IMG/VR virus record: IMGVR_UViG_3300045988_164636
Coordinates: 32,001-96,000 of that record
DNA: 64,000 bases
Source of the DNA: a virus
Strand: one strand, 5' to 3'
The position numbers and the translations under genes are program-made. The notes beneath the pieces are model-generated. The model had not been told where the DNA came from, did not search any database, and saw nothing but the letters and a program-made list of their open reading frames with translations. This document shows positions 35,056-45,476 of the stretch, in pieces (positions within the stretch are counted from its first letter, which is position 1; every line of letters starts with the position of its first letter).

Positions 35056-36121
35056 AGAGAGTTACTGGTCTCTTGATATGTAAATATCAAGCAAACATTG
35101 TAGTAAAAACGGGAACCCTAAACCAGTTTGGCAAGGGAATCCGAACGGAAGTTAATTTGTAATAAAGTTAACACGTGCAACGCGTGGTTTTGAAACTAAA
35201 TAAGGAGTGTATATCGCATATGATAACCCAAGAAAATAAATTATTAATAGTAAAAATGTATAATGAAGGAAGTTCGTTATCAGAATTATCAAGATTATTT
35301 GCTATTGATACAACAGTTATAAAATCAATTTTAAATGAATATAATATTCATATAAGGACAAGAGGAGAACAAACTCGTCTGACAAATATGAAGAGAAGTA
35401 AATCAGTTGATAATTTTTATTTCTCTAATATAAATACAATAAATAAGGCGTGGATGTTAGGCTTTCTTGCCGCAGATGGTAGTATAGCAAAAGAAAGAAA
35501 TACAATTTCAATTGCATTAAGTACAGTAGATAGAGAAATTTTAGAAAAAATAAAAGAAGAAATTAAAATAGAAAAAACTATTTATGATAGTGAAACTAAT
35601 AATGGATTTTTAGTATCAAAATTAGAATGGTCAAGCTTACAACAGAAAACAGATCTAAGTAAATATGATATAGTAAATAATAAAACTTATTTACCAATTC
35701 ATTTGCCACATTTTGATAATGATAACCTAACGTTAGCTTATATTTTAGGGTACTTTGATGGAGATGGCTCTATTACTATCAATAATAATAAGTATTTAAG
35801 ATTTAGGATCTGCTCTCATAGAAATGAAATTCTGCAAGATATAGCTAATTTTATTGAAAAAAAATATGGAGCGACATATTCTTTAAATCAAGACAAAAGA
35901 AAATTATATGAATTAAGTATTTCTACTACTTATGCTATACCTTTATTAAATGACTGTTATAATTTAAATTCTATCCATCTTGATAGAAAATATCAAAAAT
36001 ATTTAGAATATAAAAGAAACCAAGAGACTACAACATCCATGTAATTGGGATGAGAGGGTACGCTGAACTTATAGGAAACTATAAGAAGTAAAGGATAAAA
36101 AGCCTTTACGATAACAAATTG
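35056..36121 (+). mobile_element. group I intron (1066 nt) carrying a LAGLIDADG homing-endonuclease ORF
   Basis: The 5' exon ends in U (act) and the intron ends in G (ttg). Joining the exons gives the Walker A GAAKTGKTT. A 25-nt block (36063-36087) is shared with the minus-strand intron at 58958-58982. Confidence 0.7.
35220..36044 (+). CDS. LAGLIDADG homing endonuclease (double-motif)
   Basis: MLGFLAADGS and ILGYFDGDGS motifs. ATG 35220 follows taaggag. The track ORF begins at GTG 35175. Confidence 0.8.
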   Translation: MITQENKLLIVKMYNEGSSLSELSRLFAIDTTVIKSILNEYNIHIRTRGEQTRLTNMKRSKSVDNFYFSNINTINKAWMLGFLAADGSIAKERNTISIALSTVDREILEKIKEEIKIEKTIYDSETNNGFLVSKLEWSSLQQKTDLSKYDIVNNKTYLPIHLPHFDNDNLTLAYILGYFDGDGSITINNNKYLRFRICSHRNEILQDIANFIEKKYGATYSLNQDKRKLYELSISTTYAIPLLNDCYNLNSIHLDRKYQKYLEYKRNQETTTSM

Positions 36122-37015
36122 GGTAAGACCACTCTCGCCACAAGAGCGGGAGGATCACTTCTTCTTGCCTTTGAACGTGGATATAATGCTTTACCCGGAG
36201 TTATTGCTCAGGATATTACATCATGGACAGAAATGAGAGCAGTATTAAGAGAACTAAAAAAGCCAGAAGTAAGAGAAAAGTTCAAGAGTGTAATAGTAGA
36301 TACTGTAGATATTGCGGGAAGTTTTTGTGAAAAATACATTTGTACACAGAATGATGTTAATAAGATAGGTGATATCCCTTATGGTGGAGGTTGGAACCTA
36401 ATGAAGAAGGAATTTGAAGATGTCTTCCGTACGATCACTCAGCTGGGTTTTGCCGTTTTCTTTATCTCACATGATAAAGACAAGGTTTTTAAGACAGAGG
36501 AAGGTTTTGAGTATAATCAAGTTATTCCTTCTTGTCCCACTTCTTTCAATAATATTGCAAAGGATATGAGTGATATTTATGCTTATGCTAAGAAATATCA
36601 GGAAAATGGAGTAGCTAAGGTAAAGTTAATTCTTCGTTCAAAAGATAATAGCGTAGATACCGGTTGCCGCTTCAAATATATTGAACCAGAAATTCCAATG
36701 AGTTATGAAGCTCTTGTTGATGCTTTAAATAAAGCAATTGACGAAGAAGCAAAAGAATATGACAATGAATTTGTTACTGATGAAAGAAATGTTGATGTGG
36801 TAAAGAAAGAATTAAATTATGATGAATTAATCAAAGAATTTAATTCTATTACAGCAGAATTAATGAATAAAGATGCTGAAACATTCGGTCCTAGAATTGT
36901 TTATATTGTTGAAAAATATTTAGGTAAGGGAAAGAAAGTTGCAGAATCTTCAATAGCACAGGTCGAATTAATTGATTTAATAGTTAGTGAAATTAAAGAT
37001 GACCTCTTAAAGTAA
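36122..37015 (+). CDS. Sak4-like RecA-fold ATPase, exon 2
   Basis: The frame opens with GKTTLATRAGG, followed by a Walker B-like SVIVDTVD. Confidence 0.7.
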   Translation, partial: GKTTLATRAGGSLLLAFERGYNALPGVIAQDITSWTEMRAVLRELKKPEVREKFKSVIVDTVDIAGSFCEKYICTQNDVNKIGDIPYGGGWNLMKKEFEDVFRTITQLGFAVFFISHDKDKVFKTEEGFEYNQVIPSCPTSFNNIAKDMSDIYAYAKKYQENGVAKVKLILRSKDNSVDTGCRFKYIEPEIPMSYEALVDALNKAIDEEAKEYDNEFVTDERNVDVVKKELNYDELIKEFNSITAELMNKDAETFGPRIVYIVEKYLGKGKKVAESSIAQVELIDLIVSEIKDDLLK

Positions 37016-37077
37016 AAATATAGGGGGAGTTATGAAATATTAACTTCCCTTTATTTAATTTAAGAAAGGAGAAATAA

Positions 37078-37560
37078 ATGGCTCACGCTGTAAAATGTGT
37101 TTATTGCGGAGAAATTTTTGATAGAGATAGAGAAATATGTGTAGAAGTATCTCCAAGAAGATACGCTCACGCCACTTGCGATAAACAAGGAATTGAAGAT
37201 TTAAAAGAACTTGAAGAATATATAAAAAAGATATTTTGTGAAACCACAGTAAATGCGAAGATAAAGAAACAGATAAATGATTTTAGAAAAGATTATGGGT
37301 ATACTTATAGTGGTATATTAAAATGTTTAAAATGGTGGTTTGAAATTCAAGGTAATACAATAGATAAAGCAATGGGCGGAATTGGTATTGTACCTTATAT
37401 TTATAAAGAAGTAGAAAAATACTATTATTCTATTTATATTGCTCAAGAAAAAAATCAGAATAAAGAATTAAATAATCAAGTAATTGAAGTAGTAGTATCT
37501 CCTCCCGCAAGAGATGAGAAAAAAAGATTATTTAATATTGAGGTGGAAGATAGTGACTAA
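37078..37560 (+). CDS. zinc-finger protein (possible replication organiser/helicase loader)
   Basis: CVYCGE...HATC. The call also rests on its position upstream of the dnaB-like gene. Confidence 0.35.
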   Translation: MAHAVKCVYCGEIFDRDREICVEVSPRRYAHATCDKQGIEDLKELEEYIKKIFCETTVNAKIKKQINDFRKDYGYTYSGILKCLKWWFEIQGNTIDKAMGGIGIVPYIYKEVEKYYYSIYIAQEKNQNKELNNQVIEVVVSPPARDEKKRLFNIEVEDSD

Positions 37561-39082
37561 ATATACTGATACTACAGCAATTATAAATATTATAGGTAAT
37601 ATTTATAAAAATCCCTCTTTATTAGAAGATGAAAAATATAAATTTATTGAGGAATATTTTCCTAATGAATTTCACAGAATTGTTTTCGGAGCAATTTATA
37701 ATTTATACCAGTTAGGAACAAAAGATATAAGTCTTGCGGCAATTGATGATTATTTATCACAAAGACCGAAACAGTATGGAATATACAAAACTAATAAAGG
37801 TCAAGAATATCTTGAAAAAGCAAAAGAGTATGCAGATATATCTACTTTTCCTTATTATTATAATAGAATAAAGAAACTTACTTTATTAAGAATGTATCAA
37901 GAAAAATGCGGAATGGATTTATCTTCTTTATATGATATGGATAATATTCTTGACGTAAAGAAGAAACAAAAGCAAGAAGATTGGTTAGATAATACAACTG
38001 TTGAAGAAATTGCTGATATTATTGATAAAAAAATTCAAGACATTAGATTAGATTATGCGGAAGATTTTAATAAGAAGAGTATTCAGGCGGGAGACGGAAT
38101 TGATAATCTAATTGATACTTTTATGACCACTCCTGATTTTGGTTATCCTATGTATGGTGATTATATCAATACTATAACTCGTGGAGCAAGACTGAAAAAA
38201 GTATATATGAGGTCGGCCGCTACAGGATTGGGCAAGACGAGAACAATGATTGCAGATATATGTACTTTTGCTTGTAATAGAATATATAATCCTTACATTA
38301 GACAATGGGAAGATAATGGAACAAAAGAACCAACTCTATTTATATCAACAGAGCAAGAAAAAGCGGAAATCCAGTCTATGATGTTATGTTTTGTTAGTGG
38401 AGTTAATGAAGATCATATTCTTACTGGTAGATATGAGGAAGGAGAACTTGAAAGAGTTCGTGAAGCTGCCGCCATTTTAAGAGAATCACCACTTTATATA
38501 GAAGAACTTCCAGACTTTAGTATGGAAGATATTGAAAACACTATTAAAAGGAATATTAGAGATAATGGTGTTAAGTATGTAGCTTTTGATTATATTCATT
38601 CAAGTATGAAAATTTTAAGTGAAATTTCAAGTAAGGCGGGAGTTAAAGGATTGCGTGAAGACAATATTCTTTTTATGATTGGCGTAAGATTAAAAGATCT
38701 TGCTAATCAGTATGAAGTATTTATCTTGACTGCCACTCAATTGAATGGGTCTTATACTGAAGCCAAGGAATTCGATCAAAACCTACTTAGGGGAGCGAAA
38801 AGCTTGGGCGACAAAATTGACACGGGACTAATTCTACTAAAAGCTACGCCTACGGATTTAGATGCACTCAAAACAATTTTAATTAAGCAAGGCATTGATA
38901 CCCCCGATATGAAAATTTCTGTTTATAAGAATAGACGAGGAAGATATAAAGATATATTAATTTGGTGCAAGAGCGATAGAGGAACTTGTCGAATAAACCC
39001 ATTATTTATTACTGATTATCAATACGAATTAATGGATATTCCTAAGACTAAGATAAAAATTAGGGAGAAGGACTTTGAATAA
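37553..39082 (+). CDS. dnaB: DnaB-type replicative helicase
   Basis: Walker A SAATGLGKT, RecA-like C-terminal domain (VAFDYIHS, ILTATQLN). GTG 37553 after gaggtggaag is preferred over ATG 37514. Confidence 0.75.
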   Translation: MTKYTDTTAIINIIGNIYKNPSLLEDEKYKFIEEYFPNEFHRIVFGAIYNLYQLGTKDISLAAIDDYLSQRPKQYGIYKTNKGQEYLEKAKEYADISTFPYYYNRIKKLTLLRMYQEKCGMDLSSLYDMDNILDVKKKQKQEDWLDNTTVEEIADIIDKKIQDIRLDYAEDFNKKSIQAGDGIDNLIDTFMTTPDFGYPMYGDYINTITRGARLKKVYMRSAATGLGKTRTMIADICTFACNRIYNPYIRQWEDNGTKEPTLFISTEQEKAEIQSMMLCFVSGVNEDHILTGRYEEGELERVREAAAILRESPLYIEELPDFSMEDIENTIKRNIRDNGVKYVAFDYIHSSMKILSEISSKAGVKGLREDNILFMIGVRLKDLANQYEVFILTATQLNGSYTEAKEFDQNLLRGAKSLGDKIDTGLILLKATPTDLDALKTILIKQGIDTPDMKISVYKNRRGRYKDILIWCKSDRGTCRINPLFITDYQYELMDIPKTKIKIREKDFE

Positions 39083-40166
39083 AGATTTAATAAAACAGGG
39101 GCTTACAATAGAAAATATAGAGGATTTTGTAAATAATTATGGTGGAGAAGCAATAAGAAAAGATGATGTTCTTATTTGCCGCACAATCTGTCATAATAAT
39201 ATTGGTGAAGGTCATCATAAATTATATTATTATGATAATTCTCATTTATTTAAATGTTATACAGGATGTGAAAATGATACTTTTGATATTTTTGAATTAA
39301 TTATCAAAATAAAAGAACATCAAGGTATACAATTATCTCTGCCACAAGCAATATATGAAATTTGTAATTACTTTAATCTTTCTTTTGAAGAAGAAATACC
39401 GGAAGAAATTTCAAAAGATTTAAAAGACGACTGGACACTTTTACAAAAATATGATAATTTATATACCCCAAAAGAAGAAAAAATTATACAATTAAAAGGG
39501 TATGATGATTCTATTATTAAAAATTATCCTCAGCCTACAATTTTATCTTGGCAAGAAGAGGGTATAAAAAAAGAAGTGTGTGATTATCATAATATTAGAT
39601 ATGATCCTTGTAATTGTGGAATTATTATTCCTCATTATGATATAAATAATAATTTAGTCGGAATAAGAGAAAGGACATTAATTAAAGAAAATGAGCAGTA
39701 TGGTAAATATCGTCCTGCAATTTTTAAAGGAGTTATGTATAATCATGCTCTTGGCTACAATTTATATAATTTAAATTGGAGCAAAAATAATATTAAAGCT
39801 TTACAAAAGGCTCTCGTATTAGAAGGAGAAAAAGGATGTCTTCAATTAGCCTCTTATCTTGGTAGAGATGTAGATTTCTCTGTTGCTGTGTGCGGAAGTG
39901 CATTACTATCTTATCAAGTTGAATTACTTCTGAAGTGTGGAGTAAAAGAAATTATTATTGGTTTTGATAAACAATTTGAAGATGTTAATTCAGATGAAGG
40001 AAAGAAATGGATAAAAAAATTGAAAGATATAAACAAGAAATATTGTAATTTTGTTAATATATCTTTTTTGTTTGATAAAGATAACTTATTACCTTATAAA
40101 GCTTCTCCAACAGATAAGGGAATAGAAATATTTATGAAGTTATTTAATGAAAGGATTTTTCTATAA
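39075..40166 (+). CDS. dnaG: DNA primase (DnaG-like: zinc finger plus TOPRIM)
   Basis: CRTICHNN...HKLYYYDNSHLFKCYTGC zinc-binding region and TOPRIM VLEGEKG. TTG start after tagggagaagg. Confidence 0.7.
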   Translation: MNKDLIKQGLTIENIEDFVNNYGGEAIRKDDVLICRTICHNNIGEGHHKLYYYDNSHLFKCYTGCENDTFDIFELIIKIKEHQGIQLSLPQAIYEICNYFNLSFEEEIPEEISKDLKDDWTLLQKYDNLYTPKEEKIIQLKGYDDSIIKNYPQPTILSWQEEGIKKEVCDYHNIRYDPCNCGIIIPHYDINNNLVGIRERTLIKENEQYGKYRPAIFKGVMYNHALGYNLYNLNWSKNNIKALQKALVLEGEKGCLQLASYLGRDVDFSVAVCGSALLSYQVELLLKCGVKEIIIGFDKQFEDVNSDEGKKWIKKLKDINKKYCNFVNISFLFDKDNLLPYKASPTDKGIEIFMKLFNERIFL

Positions 40167-40609
40167 TGGTCATTGAAAAAGAAATTGATTTATTTTCTTT
40201 ACCTGCGGAAGATTTTTATTTTGTGCAGTGTGTAAGTTCAGATTTTAAAATGGGAAAAGGGATAGCTTTACAATTTAATCAACATTTTGAATGTAAAAAA
40301 GCTATGAGTAAAAGTTATAGTAGTTATAAATGGACGGGCAAAGGCGATTGTCTTTTACCTAAAAATCATAAAGTTTTTCATTTGATTACTAAAAATAGAT
40401 ATTGGGATAAACCAACTTACAGGACAATAAAAGAAAGTTTATTTCAACTTAAAGAATTTTGTTCAGAATTAAATATTAAAAAAATTGCAATGCCACAAAT
40501 TGGATGTGGATTGGATAATCTTATTTGGGAAAAAGTTAAAAAAATATTAATAGAATTATTTGAAGATGAGAATATTGAAGTGATAGTTTGTATTTGGAAA
40601 GGAGAATAA
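40166..40609 (+). CDS. macrodomain protein (ADP-ribose binding/hydrolase family)
   Basis: FVQCVSSDFKMGKGIALQF and IAMPQIGCGLDNL resemble the macro-domain N-terminal and G-rich loop motifs. Confidence 0.55.
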   Translation: MVIEKEIDLFSLPAEDFYFVQCVSSDFKMGKGIALQFNQHFECKKAMSKSYSSYKWTGKGDCLLPKNHKVFHLITKNRYWDKPTYRTIKESLFQLKEFCSELNIKKIAMPQIGCGLDNLIWEKVKKILIELFEDENIEVIVCIWKGE

Positions 40610-40615
40610 TTTGCT

Positions 40616-40846
40616 ATGGAAAAAGAGAATATAATGACAAATATTATTGATAAAGCTCTCATTGATTATCTTATGGCGTATTATAATACTTCTATTACTA
40701 CACGACCTGTATTATTATTAAACTCAAAAATGGCGGAAATTATGAAAAATAAATTAAGTTACGATAATAATCAGATCATGTATCTTGATAAAATAGAAGT
40801 TCTTATTGCAAATCATTTAGGAGATTTTGAAGTAGATGTCCATTAA
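40616..40846 (+). CDS. hypothetical protein
   Basis: 76-aa ORF. Confidence 0.4.
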   Translation: MEKENIMTNIIDKALIDYLMAYYNTSITTRPVLLLNSKMAEIMKNKLSYDNNQIMYLDKIEVLIANHLGDFEVDVH

Positions 40847-42623
40847 ATATAAATTAATAAATGAGCCTCAAGGCTTTTCCGCCACAGAACAAATTATGTT
40901 TAATAGAGGGATTCCTACTTCTGATTTTGGTAATTATATATATACTTCTGATGAAGATGTAAATGATTATAAATTACTTAATCTTCATCAACTTATGAGA
41001 GCAGAAACAGCCTTAGCTAAAGCTCTTGAACAAAAGAAAAAGATATGTATAATAGTTGATAGTGATTGTGATGGATTTACATCTGCCGCATTACTTATTA
41101 ATTATCTATTTCAAATAGATAAAGAAGCAGTAGAAGAAAGAATTGATTGGTTAATTCATGAAGGCAAACAGCATGGATTAGCAGATCATATAGATAATAT
41201 TTTGACAAAAGATTATGGACTTGTAATTGTTCCCGATGCGGGAAGCAATGATTTATTAGAACATAAAGCATTAGCTAAAAATCATATTGATTGTTTAATT
41301 TTAGATCATCATGATGTAGATATTGAAAATTTTGATATTGAATCTTATGAAGATGCAATTATTATAAATAATCAGTTGTGTAATTATCCAAATAAGGATT
41401 TATCTGGTGCAGGAGTGGTATATCAATTTTGTCGCTATTTAGATGATAAGTGGAACTGTTGCTATGCGGATGATTTTCTTGACTTAGTAGCAACGGGTCT
41501 AGACGGCGATATGATGAGCTTGCTCTCGAGAGAAACCAAGCACCTTATCTGGAAGGGGTTCAAAAGTATTGATAATATTCGGAATCCTTTTATTTCAGGT
41601 ATGGTTAAGAAAAATGATTTTAGTTTAAATAAAGCTGAATATAAGTCTGAATATTTAGCGATAAGTCCTATGGGAGCCGCATTTTTCATTGTTCCTTTTA
41701 TAAATGCTACAATGCGAAGTGGAACAACAGAAGAAAAAGAGCTGGTTTTTGAAGCAATGTTAACACATAAAGCTTTTCAAAAAATTCCTTCCAATAAAAG
41801 AGGACATTCTATAGGAGAAATGGAATCAGTATTAGAGCAAGCTTTAAGAACAGTAACTAATATTAAAAACAGGCAGACAAAAGCTCAAGATTCTGGGTTA
41901 ATGGCGATTGAAAAAGAAATAGAAGAAAATCATCTTATGGAACATAAAACTCTTTTATTTTGTGAGCCATCTGGTATTATATCTCCAAATGTAGCAGGAT
42001 TAGTTGCAAACAAGATTATGGCAAAATACCAACGTCCTGTTTGTATTTTAATTGATTGCGGAGATGCATATCAGGGCTCCGCAAGAGGTTGTGAAAAAGC
42101 AGATGTAAAAGATTTTAAAAAGTATTGCTTAAATTATGAAAACACTAATTATGCTGTTGGGCATCCGGGGGCTTTTGGATTATCAATTCCTAAAAATAAA
42201 AAAGAAGATTTTATTTCTTATATGGATAAAAATCTGCCGCCTATGTCTAATAAGCCAATTTATTTTGTTGATTATATTTTTCAAGGAGAGAATTTTGAAA
42301 AAGAAACAATATTAGATATAGCTAAAATGAATGACTTTTGGGGAAAAGATTTTGATAGAAGTCAAATTGCGATTGAAAATTTAAAATTAGATTTAAAGAA
42401 AATAAATGTATATCAAAAGAAAAATATTACAATAAAAATACAATTAAATAATGACGTTGCAATAATGTGGTTTGATGTGCCTGAAGATATATTAAATAAA
42501 ATTGAAACTAATTCTAATTCATTATCTTTAAATTTAGTTGGAGAATGTGTTAAAAATGAATTTATGGGTACAATAACTCCTCAAATTAAAATAGTAGATT
42601 ATGAGCTAAATTATATTTTTTAG
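40836..42623 (+). CDS. recJ: RecJ-like DHH-family ssDNA exonuclease
   Basis: DSDCDGFTSAALL, DAGSND, LILDHHD and DHHA1 GHPGAFG. Confidence 0.75.
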   Translation: MSIKYKLINEPQGFSATEQIMFNRGIPTSDFGNYIYTSDEDVNDYKLLNLHQLMRAETALAKALEQKKKICIIVDSDCDGFTSAALLINYLFQIDKEAVEERIDWLIHEGKQHGLADHIDNILTKDYGLVIVPDAGSNDLLEHKALAKNHIDCLILDHHDVDIENFDIESYEDAIIINNQLCNYPNKDLSGAGVVYQFCRYLDDKWNCCYADDFLDLVATGLDGDMMSLLSRETKHLIWKGFKSIDNIRNPFISGMVKKNDFSLNKAEYKSEYLAISPMGAAFFIVPFINATMRSGTTEEKELVFEAMLTHKAFQKIPSNKRGHSIGEMESVLEQALRTVTNIKNRQTKAQDSGLMAIEKEIEENHLMEHKTLLFCEPSGIISPNVAGLVANKIMAKYQRPVCILIDCGDAYQGSARGCEKADVKDFKKYCLNYENTNYAVGHPGAFGLSIPKNKKEDFISYMDKNLPPMSNKPIYFVDYIFQGENFEKETILDIAKMNDFWGKDFDRSQIAIENLKLDLKKINVYQKKNITIKIQLNNDVAIMWFDVPEDILNKIETNSNSLSLNLVGECVKNEFMGTITPQIKIVDYELNYIF

Positions 42624-42653
42624 GCGGCTGGAGAGCAACCTATAGAAATCTTA

Positions 42654-42710
42654 AAAAGCAAAAATGGGTTTAGAAATTTTTCATCCGATTTTTGCTTTTT
42701 TGATTTTTTT
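42654..42710 (+). terminator. rho-independent terminator
   Basis: 11-bp stem aaagcaaaaat / atttttgcttt, followed by a T-rich tail. Confidence 0.7.
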
Positions 42711-42762
42711 ATAAAAAAATGATATAATAAATTATAAGAAATAAAAGGAGAAAAAATAATTA

Positions 42763-43965
42763 ATGCAACTTACTAAAAAACAAGAAGAAGGTTTAAGAAT
42801 AGCGGTTCAAAGATATAGAAATGGAGAAAAATGCACGGTTATATCGGGATACGCCGGGTCGGGAAAGTCAACATTGATTAAGTTTATTATTGAAGCCCTA
42901 AAAATGATAAACCCCTGCCTAGCAGATAAAGATATTGTATATACTTGCTTTACGGGTAAAGCTTGCAACGTATTAATGCAAAAAGGATTAAAGAATGTTA
43001 AAACTTTAAATAAATTATTATATGAGAGCCGTCCTAAAAAAGAAGGCGGATACACCAATACTCCTGTACGTCGCATAACAGAAAAAATTGTTATTGTAGA
43101 CGAAGTAAGTATGGCTCCAGTTAAATTAATGAAATTATTATTTTCATATAATGTATATGTGATTTGTTGCGGAGATCCTTTCCAGCTGCCGCCTGTATCA
43201 AAAGATGAAGATAATCATTTATTAGACCATCCTCATATTTTTCTTGATAAAATTATGCGGCAGGCTCAAGATTCAGAAATTATAAGATTAAGTATGAAAA
43301 TTAGAAATTATCAGCCTATTGTTCCTTCTGATTATAATAAAGAAGTTTTAGTTTTTAATAAAGATGATTTAACTGATGGTATGTTAACTTGGGCAGATCA
43401 AATTCTCGTAGCAACAAATAAAACTCGAACATCTATTAATACAACAATGCGTACTCTTGCGGGTAGGGGAGAAAAGCCTGAAAATGGAGATAAAGTTATT
43501 TGTTTGAGAAATTATTGGGACGAAAGAAACTCAAATGGAGATGCCCTTGTAAATGGAACAATTGGACAAATTATGACACCTTCTGAATTAACAGTAAATT
43601 TTCCTTCTTATATACAAGGACTCGACCACTATTCTTGCCCTTGTATTAGTGGATTTTTTGTTGATGAGCTGGGTAACACATACAATAAAAGTTTTAATAT
43701 AGATAAACAGTTGTTTAATACTGGAGAAAATTTCTTAACTTGGAAAGATGAATATAATATATGCAAAAGGAAAGGCGGAAAATATTTAATTCCTTATGAA
43801 TTTACTTATGGATATGCAATTACAACACATAGAGCACAAGGTTCTCAGTGGGATAAAGTTCTTGTAGTTGAAGAACAATTCCCGCATAATAGAGAAGAAC
43901 ACGCTCGTTGGCTATATACTGCGGCAACTCGCGCCGCTTCCAAATTAGTATTAATAAGAGAATAA
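42763..43965 (+). CDS. Dda/RecD-like SF1 helicase
   Basis: GYAGSGKST, IVIVDEVSM, GDPFQLPPV and YAITTHRAQGSQWDKV. Confidence 0.8.
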   Translation: MQLTKKQEEGLRIAVQRYRNGEKCTVISGYAGSGKSTLIKFIIEALKMINPCLADKDIVYTCFTGKACNVLMQKGLKNVKTLNKLLYESRPKKEGGYTNTPVRRITEKIVIVDEVSMAPVKLMKLLFSYNVYVICCGDPFQLPPVSKDEDNHLLDHPHIFLDKIMRQAQDSEIIRLSMKIRNYQPIVPSDYNKEVLVFNKDDLTDGMLTWADQILVATNKTRTSINTTMRTLAGRGEKPENGDKVICLRNYWDERNSNGDALVNGTIGQIMTPSELTVNFPSYIQGLDHYSCPCISGFFVDELGNTYNKSFNIDKQLFNTGENFLTWKDEYNICKRKGGKYLIPYEFTYGYAITTHRAQGSQWDKVLVVEEQFPHNREEHARWLYTAATRAASKLVLIRE

Positions 43966-43978
43966 AGGAGAAAATAAT

Positions 43979-44761
43979 ATGACTTATATGGGAAGTAAAA
44001 GAAAATATTGTAAATATATTGTTCCAATTATTCAGAAATATATTGATGAACATAATATTACGGTTTTTGCTGATGTCTTTTGTGGAGGAGCAAATTTAAC
44101 AGATAAAATTCAATGTTAAAAAGTAATTGGTAATGATTTATCTCCAACTTTAATTGCTTTACATCAAACTGCACAGAAAGACTTTTCTAAAATTCCAACG
44201 GATGGAAGTAGAGAATATTGGGATAAAGCATATACTGAATACAAAAAAATTAAATCTGCTATGGATAAGGGAGAAGAATATCAGCCAGAAATGCCATTGT
44301 TTGAAATAGGTGCAATTGAATGGTATGCAAGCTTTTCTAATGGCGGATTTCCACGAGGTTATGCTAAAAATACTCAAACTCGTAATTATTATCAAGAAGG
44401 TTGGCGGAATCACAAAAAACAGCTTGAAAATCCTTTGTATAAAAATATTAATTTTATACAAGGTAACTATAAAGATATTTTATCTAATTTAGATAGCATT
44501 GACCTTAGTCATACACTTTTCTATTGTGACAGCCCTTATAAAGGAACAAAAAATCCTAAATTTAATCATGAAGAATATTATAATTGGTTAAGAGAAACAA
44601 GTAAATATGTTCCAATTTTTATTAGCGAACAGATAATGCCAGAAGACTTTTCTATTCTTTGGGAAAAAGAAGCAAAAAGAACAGCTGGAAAAGATAATAA
44701 TTTTAAAGCTTATGAAAGACTTTATTTTATAGATAATAGAAAGGATATTAATAATGGATAA
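43979..44761 (+). pseudogene. dam: Dam-like (D12 class) N6-adenine DNA methyltransferase interrupted by one in-frame TAA (44117-44119)
   Basis: YMGSKRK, motif I FCGGAN, then ...KIQC-TAA-KVIGNDLSP..., and motif IV CDSPY all lie in one frame. No other stop occurs between 43979 and 44761. Confidence 0.7.
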
Positions 44762-45422
44762 CAGAAAATCGCATTACAATAAGAAGGGTTTATATATGGG
44801 ATATGATAAAAATCATAAAGAGAGAGAAGCTCTTGATTATTATGCCACAGATCCAAAAGAAGTAAAAAATATATTAGATGTTTTAAAAATAAAAGATATT
44901 GATAAATCAATTATTTTAGAACCCTGTGCAGGTGGGGGACATATGCTTTATGCAATACTCAATTATTTGAATAATAATTATAATACTTATTTTACACCTC
45001 TTGCAACAGATGTTCAGAAAAGAGAATTATTTGATGAGCATTTAGAAATTTCAACTGGAAAAGAATTTGACTTTTTATCTGATGATTATCCTTATACAGA
45101 AAATATAGATTATATTATTATGAATCCGCCTTATTCAGTTATTCAACCTTTTGTTATGAAATCTCTAGAGATTGCAAATAAGGGTGTACTAATATTGGGT
45201 AGACTTCAGTTTTTAGAAGGAGGTAAAAGATATGAAAGTATTTTTAAAGAAAATCCGCCAACAGATATATATGTATATGTAGATAGAATAAATTGCTATA
45301 AAAATGGAGATTTTAGTCGAGGCTCTGGACAACAAGCTTATGCTTGGTATTATTGGGATTTTACGAAAAAAGAACAAAATAAAATTGAAACTCATTTTAT
45401 AAGAAGAGCAGATAAAAAATGA
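44754..45422 (+). CDS. N6-adenine DNA methyltransferase (NPPY type)
   Basis: Motif I ILEPCAGGGHM and motif IV IIMNPPYS. Confidence 0.7.
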   Translation: MDNRKSHYNKKGLYMGYDKNHKEREALDYYATDPKEVKNILDVLKIKDIDKSIILEPCAGGGHMLYAILNYLNNNYNTYFTPLATDVQKRELFDEHLEISTGKEFDFLSDDYPYTENIDYIIMNPPYSVIQPFVMKSLEIANKGVLILGRLQFLEGGKRYESIFKENPPTDIYVYVDRINCYKNGDFSRGSGQQAYAWYYWDFTKKEQNKIETHFIRRADKK

Positions 45423-45476
45423 TTTTATTATAAAAATATGATATAATATATATGATAAATAAGAAAGGAGATAAAA

